Source of the DNA: Octopus sinensis
Lineage: Eukaryota
Length of the DNA stretch: 64,000 nt
NCBI RefSeq assembly: GCF_006345805.1
Contig: NC_042999.1
Location: 93,434,001 to 93,498,000 of the forward strand
Direction of reading: 5' to 3'
Notes under the pieces: model-generated
Told to the model about the DNA's origin: nothing
Databases searched by the model: none
What the model saw: the letters and a program-made list of their open reading frames with translations, nothing else
Shown: positions 1 through 13,768 of the stretch, in pieces
Layout of the letters: each line of letters begins with the position of its first letter
Numbering within the stretch: position 1 is the first letter of the stretch
Program-made: the position numbers and the translations under genes

Positions 1-560
1 GCTAACCTGTCATATCTCTCGACTTTTCTTTCTTCCTTATCAGCTGGGCATGCTATGTCTATGATCGAGCATAGTTTGATTTCTTTCTCAATTAAGACTA
101 TGTTTGGCCTCCTATTCTCTTTCTCGTGGTCACACTAAATCGTAAAATCCCAGAGGATCTTTACATTTCTATTTTCAACAATGCCTTCAGGTTTGTGGTC
201 GTACCAAATTGTTGCAAATTGTCCAATGGACAAGACTGGATATATTGTCGTGGCGTCTCTTATATTCATTCTGGGCTAGTCGCGTACATTGGCTTGTAAT
301 ATGCCATACGGTTTCATCATTTTGTTCACATATTCTGCACTTATCACTTGTATTGTCTATTCTGTATATTATGTAGTTTATTTTTAGTGCTTGCTCTTGG
401 ACAGCACAGATTAGGGCCTCCATTTCCGGTTTTAAATGACTTTTAGTCGTCCACATCCATCTTTTTCTCTGTCTGTCTTATCTTCAACATCCCTATGAAA
501 TTGACCATGCATTCTTTCCTTTACCCACCTATTTTCAGTTTCATACGTTTTCAATTTCTT
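1..560 (-). mobile_element. R4/Dong-type (RLE) non-LTR retrotransposon 3' fragment: zinc knuckle plus start of the RLE endonuclease, degenerate
   Basis: Minus-strand translation gives MHGQFHR..., EALICAVQEQAL, CRICEQNDETVWHITSQC (CCHC), RHD, ILWDF, RPNIVL, IDIACP; it contains stops and runs off the window start. Confidence 0.8.
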
Positions 561-1975
561 ATATAGTGCTTTACCTTTGCAATATTTCACCCTACATGAC
601 TATGAAACCTGCAAAAACCCGACAATTAAAGAATAAATATAATATGAAAGCCATATATGACATCCATACCACCACAGATGCCATCAAACAAAAAGTATGT
701 GCTAAAGCGGCCCGCATAGAAAGGTATAGAAAGCGCGTTATATCCTCCTAGGACAACAGCATGTTAAAAAATTGCACCAAAATATTTTACAGGAAGATAG
801 TGAAAATACCAGTTGCAGTAAAATCTGTCCAATCAAAAGAAGTACAGGGATTTTGGAATAAAATTTGGGCAGAAGAAGAAATACAAATGAAAAGACTCCT
901 GGGATCGATAGAATATCTACAGACTTAGAGTCGTAAGAAGAACACAAGTTTGAGGGTGTCAAGATAGAAGATGTAAGGTCTGCTCTCAGGAGGTCAAACA
1001 AATGGAAGTCTCCAGGGAAGGATAACATTCCTAACTTCTGGTTGAATGCCTTGCCAGAGAGCCATGAACTGCTAACAAAACTTTACAACAATGTTTTGCA
1101 ACACCCTAGTATGATTTCCTCTTTGCTAGTGAATGGTTTAAAACTCCTACATCCGAAAAATGAAGAAACAAATGCACCAAAAAATTATCTACCCACAACC
1201 TGCTTAACAACAATGTATAAAACAGTAACATCTGTCCTGACTGAATATACTTATAGTTTTTAAAAGAAAGTGGCATATTCCCCAATGAGCAAAAAGGATT
1301 TAAACGAGAGCTACAAATACCGAGGGGTATTTGAAGGGGACACAATCAAACATTCAATGATGAGGGAACGGATCAGAAGAGAATGTTATCGCAGAGTGAG
1401 TGCAATACTTAAGACAGAGCTGAATGCAAGAAACAGGATCGAAGCGATCAATATTTTAGCCTCAGCGTGACTTACAATTCCAATATCATTAACTGGTGAA
1501 TTACTGAAATATGTAATCTTGAGAGAAGGATACGAAAATTGCTGACAATATATAGATTGGACCACCCTAGGGCAGATTTTGAACGACTTTATCTGCCAAG
1601 AAAAGAGGGAGGCTGTGGACTTTTACAACTGGTATTAACAATGAAGATTGCCACAATTAGCCTTGACACCTACCTGAAAAACTCTGAGGACTGGATGTCT
1701 CAAAACACGAATACAAGAAAGCATAATACTCAGTAACAAAACAGGAAAAGGAATATATAAGTGAATTCCAAATACAAATTCTAGAATTTGACGTGCTAGA
1801 AACAAGCTGAGAAAAAGCTACGCTTATGAAAACCCGTGCTAAAACTGCTGCCTTAGATATTCTTACTGACAACTACTGAAAAGCCTCAATGGCAAATACT
1901 CAAAGAGAGCTAATAATACCGATGTTGACAAAGACCTTAGCCATCAATGGCTAATAGCATCTGACTTAAAATGAT
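561..1975 (+). mobile_element. R4/Dong-type LINE fragment (N-terminal linker, RT start and post-RT region) with an internal deletion near 1300
   Basis: Fragments AARIERYRKR, KWKSPG, PKNYLPTTCLTTMYK, KTELNARNRIEAIN, HPRADFERLYLPRKEGGCGL, DVDKDLSHQWL; multiple frameshifts. Confidence 0.8.
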
Positions 1976-2235
1976 GTCTTCTGGATCACCTCAGCCTGAC
2001 AGCACCTTCAATATTCTTAATCTGTTTTCCAAAGCCATTGCAAACTGCTCCTAATGCTTCAATTGCCACCGGTATCTCTATTACTTTCATCATGCACCAT
2101 AATTTACCTATCTCGTACCGCAGTGGCTGGTATGTCTCAATCTTATCTGTTTCCTTACATTTCACTCTCAAATCGCCTAGTATTACAAAAATTTAATATC
2201 TTTACTTCCTTTTCATCATCTGGCCGCCTCGTAAC
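1976..2235 (-). mobile_element. RLE endonuclease C-terminal fragment of an R4/Dong-type LINE, abutting (TTA)n
   Basis: ORF 1986-2171: DKIETYQPLRYEIGKLWCMMKVIEIPVAIEALGAV resembles the RLE C-terminus. Confidence 0.65.

Positions 2236-2273
<38 letters not shown>
2236..2273. repeat. (TTA)n microsatellite
   Basis: Direct reading. Confidence 0.95.
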
Positions 2274-2274
<1 letters not shown>

Positions 2275-4414
2275 ATATCAGTCAACGGAAGTTACATGTA
2301 GGCTAATAGAAGAATTAAGAAACTTCATTTGCGGTAGAGCGATATAGGCTATTCTACAAGACAGTATCGACGCTTTTATTTGCATCATCTACACGACACA
2401 ATGGAATTTCCGAAAATATTTATCCGCTGCTTTTTAACAACTGCACTCATATGCAGCTCATCAGCTTTCGCATTGTTAGCAGCAAAGTTGCCCCCAAGTA
2501 AAGTGCGAGTGGAAATGCAAAGAGATTCATCAAATAGTGAAAGACATAGAAGGGTTACTCGTATGAACTTGCGCAACAAACTCCATAAGAAAGTATAGGA
2601 GATGATATGTTTGTTGACATTATTACTGAGTCAAATGTTTGTAGAGGTATATACATTGGATATCTTACAATTGCCTTTCATGTATCCAATCTATATTTAA
2701 GCAGAACATCACTCTAGTCGAACGAGTTATGTATTTCCTAGGCTTGAACAGAAACAATTATTGTATACCCTTCACTTAACAAACGCATCTGCATTTAGTT
2801 TTCTAGTCATAAGTAACAAATATGATGTATAAATATCCACTGAGCCACACAGCTACTTCAGTTACAGTCAGGCTTTTCTCAATAATTTAGTTACTACATT
2901 AAAGTTTCCACTTTTCAATTACGTGAATTTGTACAGACTCCATTTTAAATCACTGTAATATCCATGACTCTTCACAGGATACATTCTGTGTAGTTTAATA
3001 TGTTTAAGCTTTCTCCAAGAATGACATCTTGAATTTACTATCTCTTTTTAATATTAAAAACTTTGGAATATTTATAAATTAGATTTAATCTGTCATATAC
3101 TTTTCTTTTTAACTCGAAGAACGCGGCTGATAAAATAACAAATACGTGAGTACCCGTTCCAAAAATATTTTAAACACACACTACATGCAACAGCTAGTGC
3201 ACTAGAGATGTTTCTACATTCTTCTGACTAGCATACTGAACATGTTCTTCCCTTCTATCTAGCATGACTTCAGCGGTTCTAATTCTTATGTTCAAGGAAG
3301 TCACCTGCCTTGCATATCTTTTCCCACTTATACAAACACCTTCTCAAAATTCTTTCCTTCTCTACACTCACCAACTCTGAAATTTCAGTTGAATAAAGAT
3401 ATAGAGTAAATATGTCTACAAATATCATTCACGACAACTTTCCAACGCCATCTAAATTTTCCTAAGCGAAAAGGAAAATCTACAAAAAACAAAATGTTAT
3501 CGCATACATTTACCCTGCAAATTTAAATGACATACCATCAGACACAACTTTATGTAAACAGTGATAAAACATAGCGATATATCGGAAGGATCAATTATAA
3601 TTAGGCACATTTTACAATTCGAAGAATAAAAGTAAAACTATAAGCACCAAAATGCATTACATTTGATGTGCACTTCAATACCAAAGAGAATAAGATACCT
3701 ACCTTTACAGATGACCTTTAATTTCCAAAATACTTTTCCTTCTTATTTACATGTTTCTTTTAAATGTAATTTATCAATATCAATGCCGTATCATAAAAAA
3801 ATTCTTCTTCACAAAATCAAAGATTTTACATCAGGAATGAAAACTTAAAAAGTAAATAAAAACAGCAAATACAATGATAGAAAGGAACCGCTGTAAAAGA
3901 AACTATGACATTTTCCGTTTGAAACTCGCTGTTATTTAGTACACCGTTATACAGAATCAGGTGCACAAGCAAACATATTTCCTTTTATATTCACTTAGTT
4001 AAAAGAACGAAGGTCACAATACCCAATACATAAAGAGTGATAAGAAACGGAAATTCGGCATACTAATTACAATATGTATTAAATCAATACCTATTTCTTA
4101 TTACACGTATTCAAATAGTTCTATTCATATTACTTTAAATGTGGTTTCTATCATGAACTGCATTCCCATTTCGTGTATACTTGAAACTATCAAATGTATG
4201 CTTCTTTTCTATCGAAAAAAAAAGCAAAAGACATTTTAGAAAGGCAATTTATTTATGCTATGTATCATCGCTAATTTGACACCTACATGACACTATAATG
4301 ATTTATACAAATATATTCGGATATATTTTATTTGTAGAATCATAAGGACAGTGTCATATAAATCACATATGTGAACATGCATTCACATTGATATATAGGT
4401 TTTCATATTTGCTA

Positions 4415-4424
4415 ATATCTATCC

Positions 4425-4498
<74 letters not shown>

Positions 4499-4499
4499 A

Positions 4500-4559
<60 letters not shown>

Positions 4560-4560
4560 A
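4415..4560. repeat. (TCTA)n microsatellite, left flank of the Tx1-like insertion
   Basis: Direct reading. Confidence 0.95.
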
Positions 4561-7083
4561 GTAGAGGGTGAGCTAGTTAAGAAGCTAGAAGAGGCAATTA
4601 GAAGCGGCATCGCATCCGACGTTTTGGCGGCGAGGTTGGCCCTCGACCAACACTTCAACGCCAAACACGAAGGATGTGCTGTCAGAGCTAGGATGCGTGC
4701 TCTAAGGAACGAAGGTGTTGGAGCCGCGAGAGAGGCCCGGGTGGCAGAGGCGCAACAGGGCAACAAAGCCACCATTCGGTCACTGGTAGATGAACAGGGG
4801 CGCGAATTGCTCGAGCCAAGTAAAATGTGTGAGGCCTTTCAGCAGCATTTTGCCCGACTGTTCGGGACGAGTGGAGGGCAAGAACGTAGGGTAGACTTCA
4901 GTGCCTACCTACATAGCCTTCCACGACTCTCGACAAGAAAGGCAGGGTGCTGCGAAGGTGCCATCACGGCGGCGGAAGTGCGGGAAGCGATGGCAGAATG
5001 CTCGAGGGACAAATCACCGGGTTTGGATGGTCTACCCTACGAATTTTACTATTGTATGCCAGACTTGTTTGGAGACGTCTTGGCAGCGGTATACTGCAAC
5101 TGGCAGCAAAACGGGAGCATACCCGGTTTTGTGAGTCGAGGAGCTGTAACTCTGCTGAAGAAAGATCCAAACAAGGGAAACATTATAGATAACTTTAGGC
5201 CAATCACTCTGCTCAATGCAGACCTGAAAATTTTGACAAAGGTGTTAGCCAAGAGGTTGGCGCTTGTCATGGAGAAACTGGTCGACAACGCACAAACGTG
5301 CGCCGTGCCGGGCCGGAGCATCCATGACAACCTCCATCTGATGCGCTACATCATAGACAGGGTAGTTAACGAACCTGGCGTGGGTGGGGCCCTGATCAAC
5401 TTGGATCAATCGAAAGCCTTTGATAGGGTAGACCATCGATACTTGGAGGCAGTCCTGAGAGCGGCTGGTTTCGGTCCCGTCTTCCGCGGCTGGATAGCTG
5501 CCTTGTACAGAGGCATCCGTTCGGTAATTCGCGTAAATGGACATCTATCGAGACCCTTCGACATTGCACGTTCGGTCCGTCAGGGATGCCCCCTCTCGGC
5601 GCTTCTATACGTATTGACTCTTGAGCCACTACTGCGGAAGCTGGCGACTCTGAGGGGCATCCCGCGAGAATTAGGATGCGGGACGAGCGTGTCTGCATAC
5701 GCGGACGACGTCACCGTCATAGTGTCAAGCCACGAGCACATCGAGCAGGTCGGCGAGACACTGAAAGACTACGAAGCGGTGACAGGAGCAAAAATCAACC
5801 GGGAAAAGTCAGTGGGCTTGCGGCTCGGCACCTGGAGAAGCAAACCCATGCCGTCCACCAGTACCTCCGTCGTGGGACGCTGGACAGACGGCCCGGTTGA
5901 GTTGCTCGGGGTCTGGTTCGGTCCGGACCTCCAAATGGAGAAGAACTGGAACGAGATAACGAGTAGGGTGGTCACTCTCGCCCAGCAATGGGCCGAGAGG
6001 AAACTGTCCCTAAAAGGTCGGGCGGAGGTGGTGAACGCGTACATCGCGTCCATCATCTACTACCGCCTGACCGTCGTACCTTGTCCCGACCCTACCATCA
6101 CCAAACTAGAACGCATCCTCTTCCGCTTCTTGTGGAAAGGATGCGTCCCGATGGTCAGGCGATCCATTTGCTGTCAACACCCGTTAAAAGGAGGGCTGGG
6201 CATGCCGTGGTTGATGATGCGCAGACACGCGCTGAGACTGCGACATCTCCGGCTCTATGTAGACGACGGTGAACAGGTGTGGTCGCCGTTTGTGAGGCAC
6301 GCATTCCCGCAACTCGTCTCCATGACCGAACTACAGTCGTGGATCAAAAAGAGGCCGAAGAAGGGCGAATGGCACCGCGAGTGTCGCGTTGCTCTCAAGC
6401 AACTCTGCCGTCCCGGGTCGACCTTGAGTGACTTCAACACAACCAAAGCATTCTATAGGGGATTAGTGGAGGGGAGGTACGACGACGAGCTCGGGGCAAA
6501 CCTGGGCGTCGACGAGGAATACCTGACCCGCCTGTTTCAAACGACTTTCGGCCCGGGACCTATGGACAACTTCCAGAGATCCCTGGCCTGGCGGTGCTAC
6601 CGAGAAGCGCTACCCGTTCGGGATAAGCTCTATAGGCATGGCTCGAGAAACACGGGGCCGACCTGCCCGAGATGCGGGCAGAGCGACGAAACCGCTCTGC
6701 ACGCAATCGTGCAGTGTCCAGCAATTTCCCACCTGTGGGCTTATGTCGAACGACTGCTGTCACGTGTGGGACGTGTCGGTTTATCAGCCGAGTCTATCGT
6801 TAATATCGTCACGCCTCCTTCCTTCAAACGGGAAGGAAGAGCTATTTTTATCATACTTGTGGCTATGGCGAAAGAATGTATCTGGTGGACGCGTCTGAAA
6901 GGATTAGAGACAAACACTTTCCTCTCTGGTCAATCTCTCATCAACTTCTTCAAGTATCACTTGAAGAAAAAAGTGAGAGTAGAGAGGCAAGTTTTGTCTA
7001 GTGAATGTTTTAAAAAAAGATGGGTGAATGTAGCAAGGATGGCACGTATGAATGACGAAGCCACCTTGACTATGATTCTATGA
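4561..7083 (+). CDS. LINE ORF2 reverse transcriptase with C-terminal CCHC zinc knuckle (N-terminally truncated, otherwise open)
   Basis: Open frame from 4561; motifs FRPITLLNADLKIL, LDQSKAFDRVDH, SVRQGCPLS, YADD, LSLKGRAEVVN, CPRCGQSDETALHAIVQC. Confidence 0.9.
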   Translation, partial: VEGELVKKLEEAIRSGIASDVLAARLALDQHFNAKHEGCAVRARMRALRNEGVGAAREARVAEAQQGNKATIRSLVDEQGRELLEPSKMCEAFQQHFARLFGTSGGQERRVDFSAYLHSLPRLSTRKAGCCEGAITAAEVREAMAECSRDKSPGLDGLPYEFYYCMPDLFGDVLAAVYCNWQQNGSIPGFVSRGAVTLLKKDPNKGNIIDNFRPITLLNADLKILTKVLAKRLALVMEKLVDNAQTCAVPGRSIHDNLHLMRYIIDRVVNEPGVGGALINLDQSKAFDRVDHRYLEAVLRAAGFGPVFRGWIAALYRGIRSVIRVNGHLSRPFDIARSVRQGCPLSALLYVLTLEPLLRKLATLRGIPRELGCGTSVSAYADDVTVIVSSHEHIEQVGETLKDYEAVTGAKINREKSVGLRLGTWRSKPMPSTSTSVVGRWTDGPVELLGVWFGPDLQMEKNWNEITSRVVTLAQQWAERKLSLKGRAEVVNAYIASIIYYRLTVVPCPDPTITKLERILFRFLWKGCVPMVRRSICCQHPLKGGLGMPWLMMRRHALRLRHLRLYVDDGEQVWSPFVRHAFPQLVSMTELQSWIKKRPKKGEWHRECRVALKQLCRPGSTLSDFNTTKAFYRGLVEGRYDDELGANLGVDEEYLTRLFQTTFGPGPMDNFQRSLAWRCYREALPVRDKLYRHGSRNTGPTCPRCGQSDETALHAIVQCPAISHLWAYVERLLSRVGRVGLSAESIVNIVTPPSFKREGRAIFIILVAMAKECIWWTRLKGLETNTFLSGQSLINFFKYHLKKKVRVERQVLSSECFKKRWVNVARMARMNDEATLTMIL

Positions 7084-7358
7084 ACCGTAAAAATTAATAC
7101 AGAGAGTTGCTTATTTGCAAAAAAAAAAAAAAAAAAGAAATATAACATGACTTCATTGACCGAGGTTACCGTGGTCTTTTCCGTAGGCTTTTCTTTCCAC
7201 GGGTAAACCTCACCTGTCCCCCCCTTTACACTTCATATTGACATTTCTGTGATAACGATCTCTATTGATCAATTTTTTTCCTCTCCCCCTTTTTTTTTAA
7301 CCCCCCCTTTTTTTTGTCCTCTTTCTCTCCTTTTACGATCCCTTTTGATCGACCCCCC

Positions 7359-7390
<32 letters not shown>

Positions 7391-7530
7391 TTATTTTTTT
7401 TTTTTTTATTTTTATTTTTTTATTTTTTTTTTTTATTTTTATTTTTTTTTTTTTTAAACCTTCAAAAGAAAAGCTCTACCTTGTAATTTGTTCTATCTGT
7501 GTGCAGCCCTGTGTGGCTAATAAAGAAACA
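4561..7530 (+). mobile_element. 5'-truncated L1/Tx1-type LINE: ORF2 without endonuclease, plus 3' UTR
   Basis: Abrupt GC-rich block between TATC tracts; RT ORF; 3' UTR with A- and T-runs; AATAAA at 7519-7524; TATC repeats resume at 7531. Confidence 0.9.
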
Positions 7531-7542
7531 TATCTATCTATC

Positions 7543-7574
<32 letters not shown>

Positions 7575-9584
7575 TATCCATCTGCCTGTCTGTCTGTGAG
7601 TCTATCTGCCTGTCTGTCTGTGTGTCTTTGCTTTTCTGTGCCTATATGCATGTGAGTGTACTATTTTCATAAATGTAAATGTTTCTTATTTGATGTATCT
7701 GTGAAAGCTGTCAGAAACTTATGTATCGCAACGATAGCAGTTATGAATATCACCAAACAGCTACAAAAGATAAGGTTGAATATCACTGCGCAAAAACTTC
7801 AGAAAATATCTGTACCATTATTTTGTTAGGGACACTGACTATTCGGGCAATTTAAACTGGCCTCGAATGACCTGAAGCTTTAATTGGAAAGTGTTGCTGA
7901 TGTAGCAAACGGCAAAATTGCTTTCACCAAATATGTCGCCCAACAGTAAGGATCCGATACTTGGTGACAGACGCTTTCAGAAACTGCATTGATCGGCCAG
8001 TAGAAACAAAATATCAAACAGAATGTGATTTTCAATAGCTAACTCAAATACCTGTGAGATATTAAGATTGTGATAGAGTGTCTGTGGACAAACTCACGAT
8101 GTTTGTAAAACGGTTAGTTAAACTATATCCACCAAAATTAAGACCATACTGCATCAGTTCTTACATGGTGATTATAATTTCTTCATCCAGATTCTGGTGG
8201 CTGTGAAAGTTTTATTATATAATTTACAGTGTGTTGTAACTTGTCTTTATTATAAAATATTATCATAGACTTTTATGTTCACGTTTGTTAGTTGGATAAT
8301 TCCTTTGTGCTAGCCATTAAGCATTCCAAATATTTTCGAAACGGATATTAATGTATGCAAATCCACAATAGTGTGAGCAAATTTATGGTGAACCGTATAC
8401 TAATGCAGATATTGTGGCTGCATGTACTGGGACAATCTTACGGGATGTGTTTGGTGCATTTAAATTATTGCCAACTGTTTAGGGATTTAATATGCCATTA
8501 AAAAATAAAGACAGTGTATTTTTCTATAAATTCACTGTTCCCATATACTGCATGTTGGTGAGAATATATTTATGAAGTGTAGAAATGATGTGATCATCCT
8601 CATTAACTTTCATATTAAACTTGTAGCCTATTGAAACTATAATTTCTACCTTCAGTGCGTAAGATCATTAAATGCAATCCTTTACGACTGTTTATCCAAT
8701 CTCTTTTATTCGATGGATGTAGTGTTTCGATCTTATGCTTTGATATTATGAAGTTTGTATGTATGTATGTATGTATGTATGTATGTATAACCTTGTCATT
8801 TCGGATTCCCTGTTTCGATTGGAGCCTCCAGCTGTATGAAAATTTCCTGATTCTCCCCGCACCACTTGTCAGAAGACAGCTTCAGGAGTTGTGAAGAACG
8901 AATTTGTACGTACTTTGTTTCTGAGAGCTATTCTTTTGGACCTCTGTCTAATCATTAAAACATTGATTTAATTTTGAACATAGAAAGGAATTATACATTA
9001 ATCCCTATTTTTGTAAGCAGTTGTATCCGTAAAAAGTTTATTTGCAGAGAGCAGAAATTGAAAGAAGATATATGAAATGGACGTGTGTATAAGTGTGTGT
9101 GTGTATGTGTGTGCGTGTGTGTGTACGTGCGTGATTGCGCATGTGTATGTGTGTGAGAGAGAGAGAGAGGGTGAAAAAGAGAGATAGAGTGAGTGAGTGT
9201 GTGTGTGTGACGTGATGATTGTCATCTTTTACGTTACACATAGAAAATGTCATCATATAAAATTTTTACGATAATTGACTTATGGAAAAGATTGTTAAAT
9301 TGTTGAAATGCAAATATGTGAATGAAAATTAAATTCAAACCCTTACATGGTGCTAGGCCTGGTAGAAATAGCTAAATCTCCCTCAAAACACACTCTACTG
9401 CCTATTATGTAGTTTTAATGAGAAACTGTAACTAAAGATTAAGATTATTAACCCCACAAAGAGGTGAAAGAAGAGAGACAGCATAGCGAAAGTTTTGGTT
9501 GACTGTCATCCTGTACTCCCCTTGTTGCGAGCGAAATGGTATATGCTGGCTGTATGAGTTGTAATGGTATAATGTAGGATAAAT

Positions 9585-9620
9585 ATAATAATAATAAGGA
9601 TAATGATGATAATAATAATC

Positions 9621-9653
<33 letters not shown>

Positions 9654-9654
9654 T

Positions 9655-9688
<34 letters not shown>

Positions 9689-9691
9689 AAT

Positions 9692-9752
<61 letters not shown>

Positions 9753-9760
9753 TAATAATA

Positions 9761-9813
<53 letters not shown>

Positions 9814-9855
9814 TATAATAATAATAATAATGATAACAATAACAATAATAATAGA
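9585..9855. repeat. (AAT)n microsatellite, imperfect
   Basis: Direct reading. Confidence 0.95.
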
Positions 9856-10350
9856 TGAAGGCTCTGGTATCCAGCATGCAAGCATGAAAGAGATTTATAA
9901 AATTTTAATGCATCACTACGCAAATCAGTCCGTAATCCTGGAATACATTGTAGATCGTAGTATCTAGTGAGCATCGGGTTAATCATTTTCATGGTTGCAT
10001 TCCTTCAAGAGGTGTAACATTACTGGATGTACAACAGAGGATTGCTTAACCCGTTTGACCAGTATGAAGGTTGCAAATAGAATTTAATTGATACCTCATC
10101 TAGGTTTTTTATAACGGCATTTTGAAATTATCTAAAGAATTTGTACACACCCTGTATATATTTAAATATGATTCGGGTAAATATTTTGTAGGGTGCTGTG
10201 TAAGCCTCCTTCACAGTTATTGGCTATCATACAGTGTAAATGTCACCATGTCACCATGCAAATGGCCACATTCAAATGACTGAAACAACTAAAAGAGAGA
10301 ATACCACAACAGATACTCACAGAAACCCAAACTTGCGCGCACAAACACAA

Positions 10351-10391
<41 letters not shown>

Positions 10392-10760
10392 CACAAACAT
10401 ATACACACACATTTATATGTTGTTCACATTATAGCATTTTCTATTGTTATTTTTCGGGCAAAGATATTAAATAAATATTAAATAAATCGTTTGAGCGGTG
10501 GAATACAGAAAATTCGAATTTCTTTTTTAATATAACAGTAGCACATCTGTCATGACCTGCATTCATTATTTTTCTCTGAAATATTGTTTTTCGGACCCAT
10601 TCGTATTCTAGTATTCTATTGGCTATTATTCCTGATGTAATCTACTTTGTGTTACCGTTAAAATGATTTACATCTATCTATCTCTCCCCATCCCCTCTCT
10701 CTGTGTATACATATATATCTATATACACACGCATGTATATATACACACACAAATATATAT

Positions 10761-10816
<56 letters not shown>

Positions 10817-11949
10817 TAGAGACACACAAACACACACATATGCAAATGCATATACGTATGCTTGAACTCACTCCCATACACACGCATATGTAATTGAATG
10901 GCATATTTCAACTAATATATAATAGAATATGCAAAATAAATGGACAAGCGAGAAAAAAGAAGCTGTAAAGATGTAGGATCTATATATAGAATGTGAGAAA
11001 TATTATAGCTCCTATACTGTAATATGTGGGTTTTGAATATATTGTTGGCGTGGAATTTTGTACGAAAAATAATGATTGAATTACTCTGACAGATTTTCTT
11101 CCATAGGTAGAGATTCAGAAATGCATCCTGGCAACAACTTGCCGGTCGCATTATAGCAAAAGCATAAGAGACTCTACTCAATAACGTGACAAATGATTAA
11201 ACAGCAAAACATAATTGCTTCGCGTAATCTATTTTACAGACATTTTTGAATACCTCTACTGGCTGCCCCTTGTTTTTGTATAAATTACTTAAACAATATC
11301 GATTACTATACATTACTATACAATTAAAATATACACTGCCCAAATATGAGTATTATAACCGTTTACTAAACTGTTTATCTCCCGATTTATAAAGAGTTTT
11401 ACTTACATTCTTTCATCTATTAAATTTTATACACATTTTCTAACTTCTGTCTCAGATCCTCAAAAACTCTGGATCTCTCGTTTGTGTCTGCATCTTAATC
11501 CAAATAACAAGTCATATTTGTGACTGTCGATCTTCGTGTCTGAAATAATATAATGGAGTGATGAATATATTGTTCAGTATTGGTGTATTTATCCCCGGGT
11601 GGTCGAAACCTGAAAACAGACTAAAATTTTATAGAGATGCAAATTAATTATTATGCATTTGGCAATATAAACTAAATTATTGAAGATTATAATTTCATTA
11701 GGATTTTCATCTTTCTATGATCAACAAAGCAGACTATAAAGTACACTTTAATCCTTCCTCTTTATCTACATGAATACCATATAGTTAAATAAAAATCCTT
11801 GCTCTCATATAAAAGCTTATTCTGATAAGGTGGATGCAGATACGTTGTGTATGAAATGTATAGTCTTAAATAGTTCTTCCTTTCCTCGTCTGTAGTAAAG
11901 GAATTCATTTATATTTTATACTCATTTTCCTCTACAAAATATGGATGAG

Positions 11950-12088
11950 CTACATACGTACATATATATGCATATATACGTACATACGTACGTACATACA
12001 AGCATACATACATACATACACACATATATACATACATGCATGCATACATACACACATACATACATACATACATACATACATACATACA

Positions 12089-12120
<32 letters not shown>
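11950..12120. repeat. (TACA)n microsatellite
   Basis: Direct reading. Confidence 0.9.
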
Positions 12121-12121
<1 letters not shown>

Positions 12122-13768
12122 GCACGTATATACACGTATTCTGCCTTTACTTTAAGGCTCACAACTGGAATTTATCCGAATTTCAAGATATTTAGGCAAA
12201 ACTTAAAAGCCTGCATTGAAAAAGCAATATTTTCTCCGCAAGTACAGTGTCTATGTGCTACATGTTTTCGTATTAATTAGAGCAACAAGTGACTTTGATA
12301 AAGAAAGTTATGGGGCTTGTGATTAGATAAATTAATGTACGACATAGCGATCATAAAGACAGCACGCTTCCCACGAGGACATGCATCCTCACACATGAAC
12401 AAATAACTACACACACACAAACACACAAACACAAAACACGCACACACACAAAAACGCACGCCCACACACATATAAATATTCGTGTATGAGTGTGTATTAA
12501 TATCTTGTTCGGCCAGATATGAATTAACCACTTTTATTACAACACTTAAAATCGTTGAAATATAACAGAAGTTAACAATTAAATAGAAAATAGTTTCATC
12601 TAACAATAACGTTAGTTATCATAACACGCAAATATAATGAAACTATTTCTTTGTTGAAAGAATCTTCATAGAAGAACTCAATAAACATGAAAGTATATTC
12701 ATTTTTTCGGTGTAAGAATATATTGAAGTAAAATTAACAAGTAGAAAAATAGATACATCGTTAGATATTTTATAATGTTGCATGCATAAACACATATATA
12801 TTAATAATTTATTTGTACACAATGAGATTCTCATAACATATTTCAAGTAAACTAACTGATGCTGTGCATTAATCAGCGGCAGAAAAACGTATTGCCTACT
12901 TGTATACAAGTCGTTGATCAAACGTTCACTAAGGACAAAGGATGCCGTATATTCTTGAACATTCTTCCGGCATTCTTTAGCTTTTACCAACTCAATGAAT
13001 AAATAAGTAAATAAATATAAGTGTTCCAAGTAATGTTAACGCTGTTGACAATCGATTTGCGAATGTGTTTGTTAGAATAATATCAGGCAAAAACAGCTTA
13101 AGTATTTTTCGTGCAAAGGACATTTAGTGTGTGGTAAAATGAAATAAAAAAATAGAATTAATGGATGCACTAAAATAAAGTCAAAATAGAATATGTATGT
13201 ATATGTGTATGCATGTATATAAACGTGTGTGTGCTTGCGTATGTTTGTGTGTGTGTATGCATATATTTATACATTTCTGATGGTTTGAAAGCATTGCGTC
13301 TCAATGCTATACATTGCAGTTTAATGTATGTATGGAAAGAATTGTAAGCAATAGTGTATTACATACACATATCTATACATATACACCTTTCATTTAAACA
13401 AATTACATCTTAAACAAATTACAGTAAAAGACTCCTGTATCATATTTTTAATCCAGTGTAGTCATAGTATTATTAGGTGAATGCCATTCTCAACTGATAA
13501 CGTAAACCCTCTTAAAATCCATGACAACTAAAGGCATATGTAAAACTGAACAGAGCAAATGGAATAATTACCGTACTGGTTGAGCCAAATTTGCGTACGA
13601 AAATGCTAGTGTATTAAAACTGTGATTCAGTACAATGCTATATATAACATTACGTGGATGGATATTTTTGTCATCTATAAAGGTGTAGGCAGCCGTAGAT
13701 AACTTCTGTGTGCAATATCTTAATCCTCATGTACTATTTCATGGATCCCTATGCACGCTTTTCAAGTT

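Noticed and set aside
2446-2470. Minus-strand CTGATGA followed by a GCTGCA/TGCAGT hairpin
   Set aside because: No GAAA follows stem II and there is no stem I; treated as a chance match. The overlapping 64-72 aa ORFs have no recognisable motif.
10021-10156. Possible mariner-like MITE; also a lone TIR-like sequence at ~30352
   Set aside because: The TIRs are poorly matched or unpaired.
9506-12280. Many ORF-track entries with poly-I/Y, YI, MYVC or HT repeats, here and throughout the window
   Set aside because: They are translations of microsatellites, not genes.
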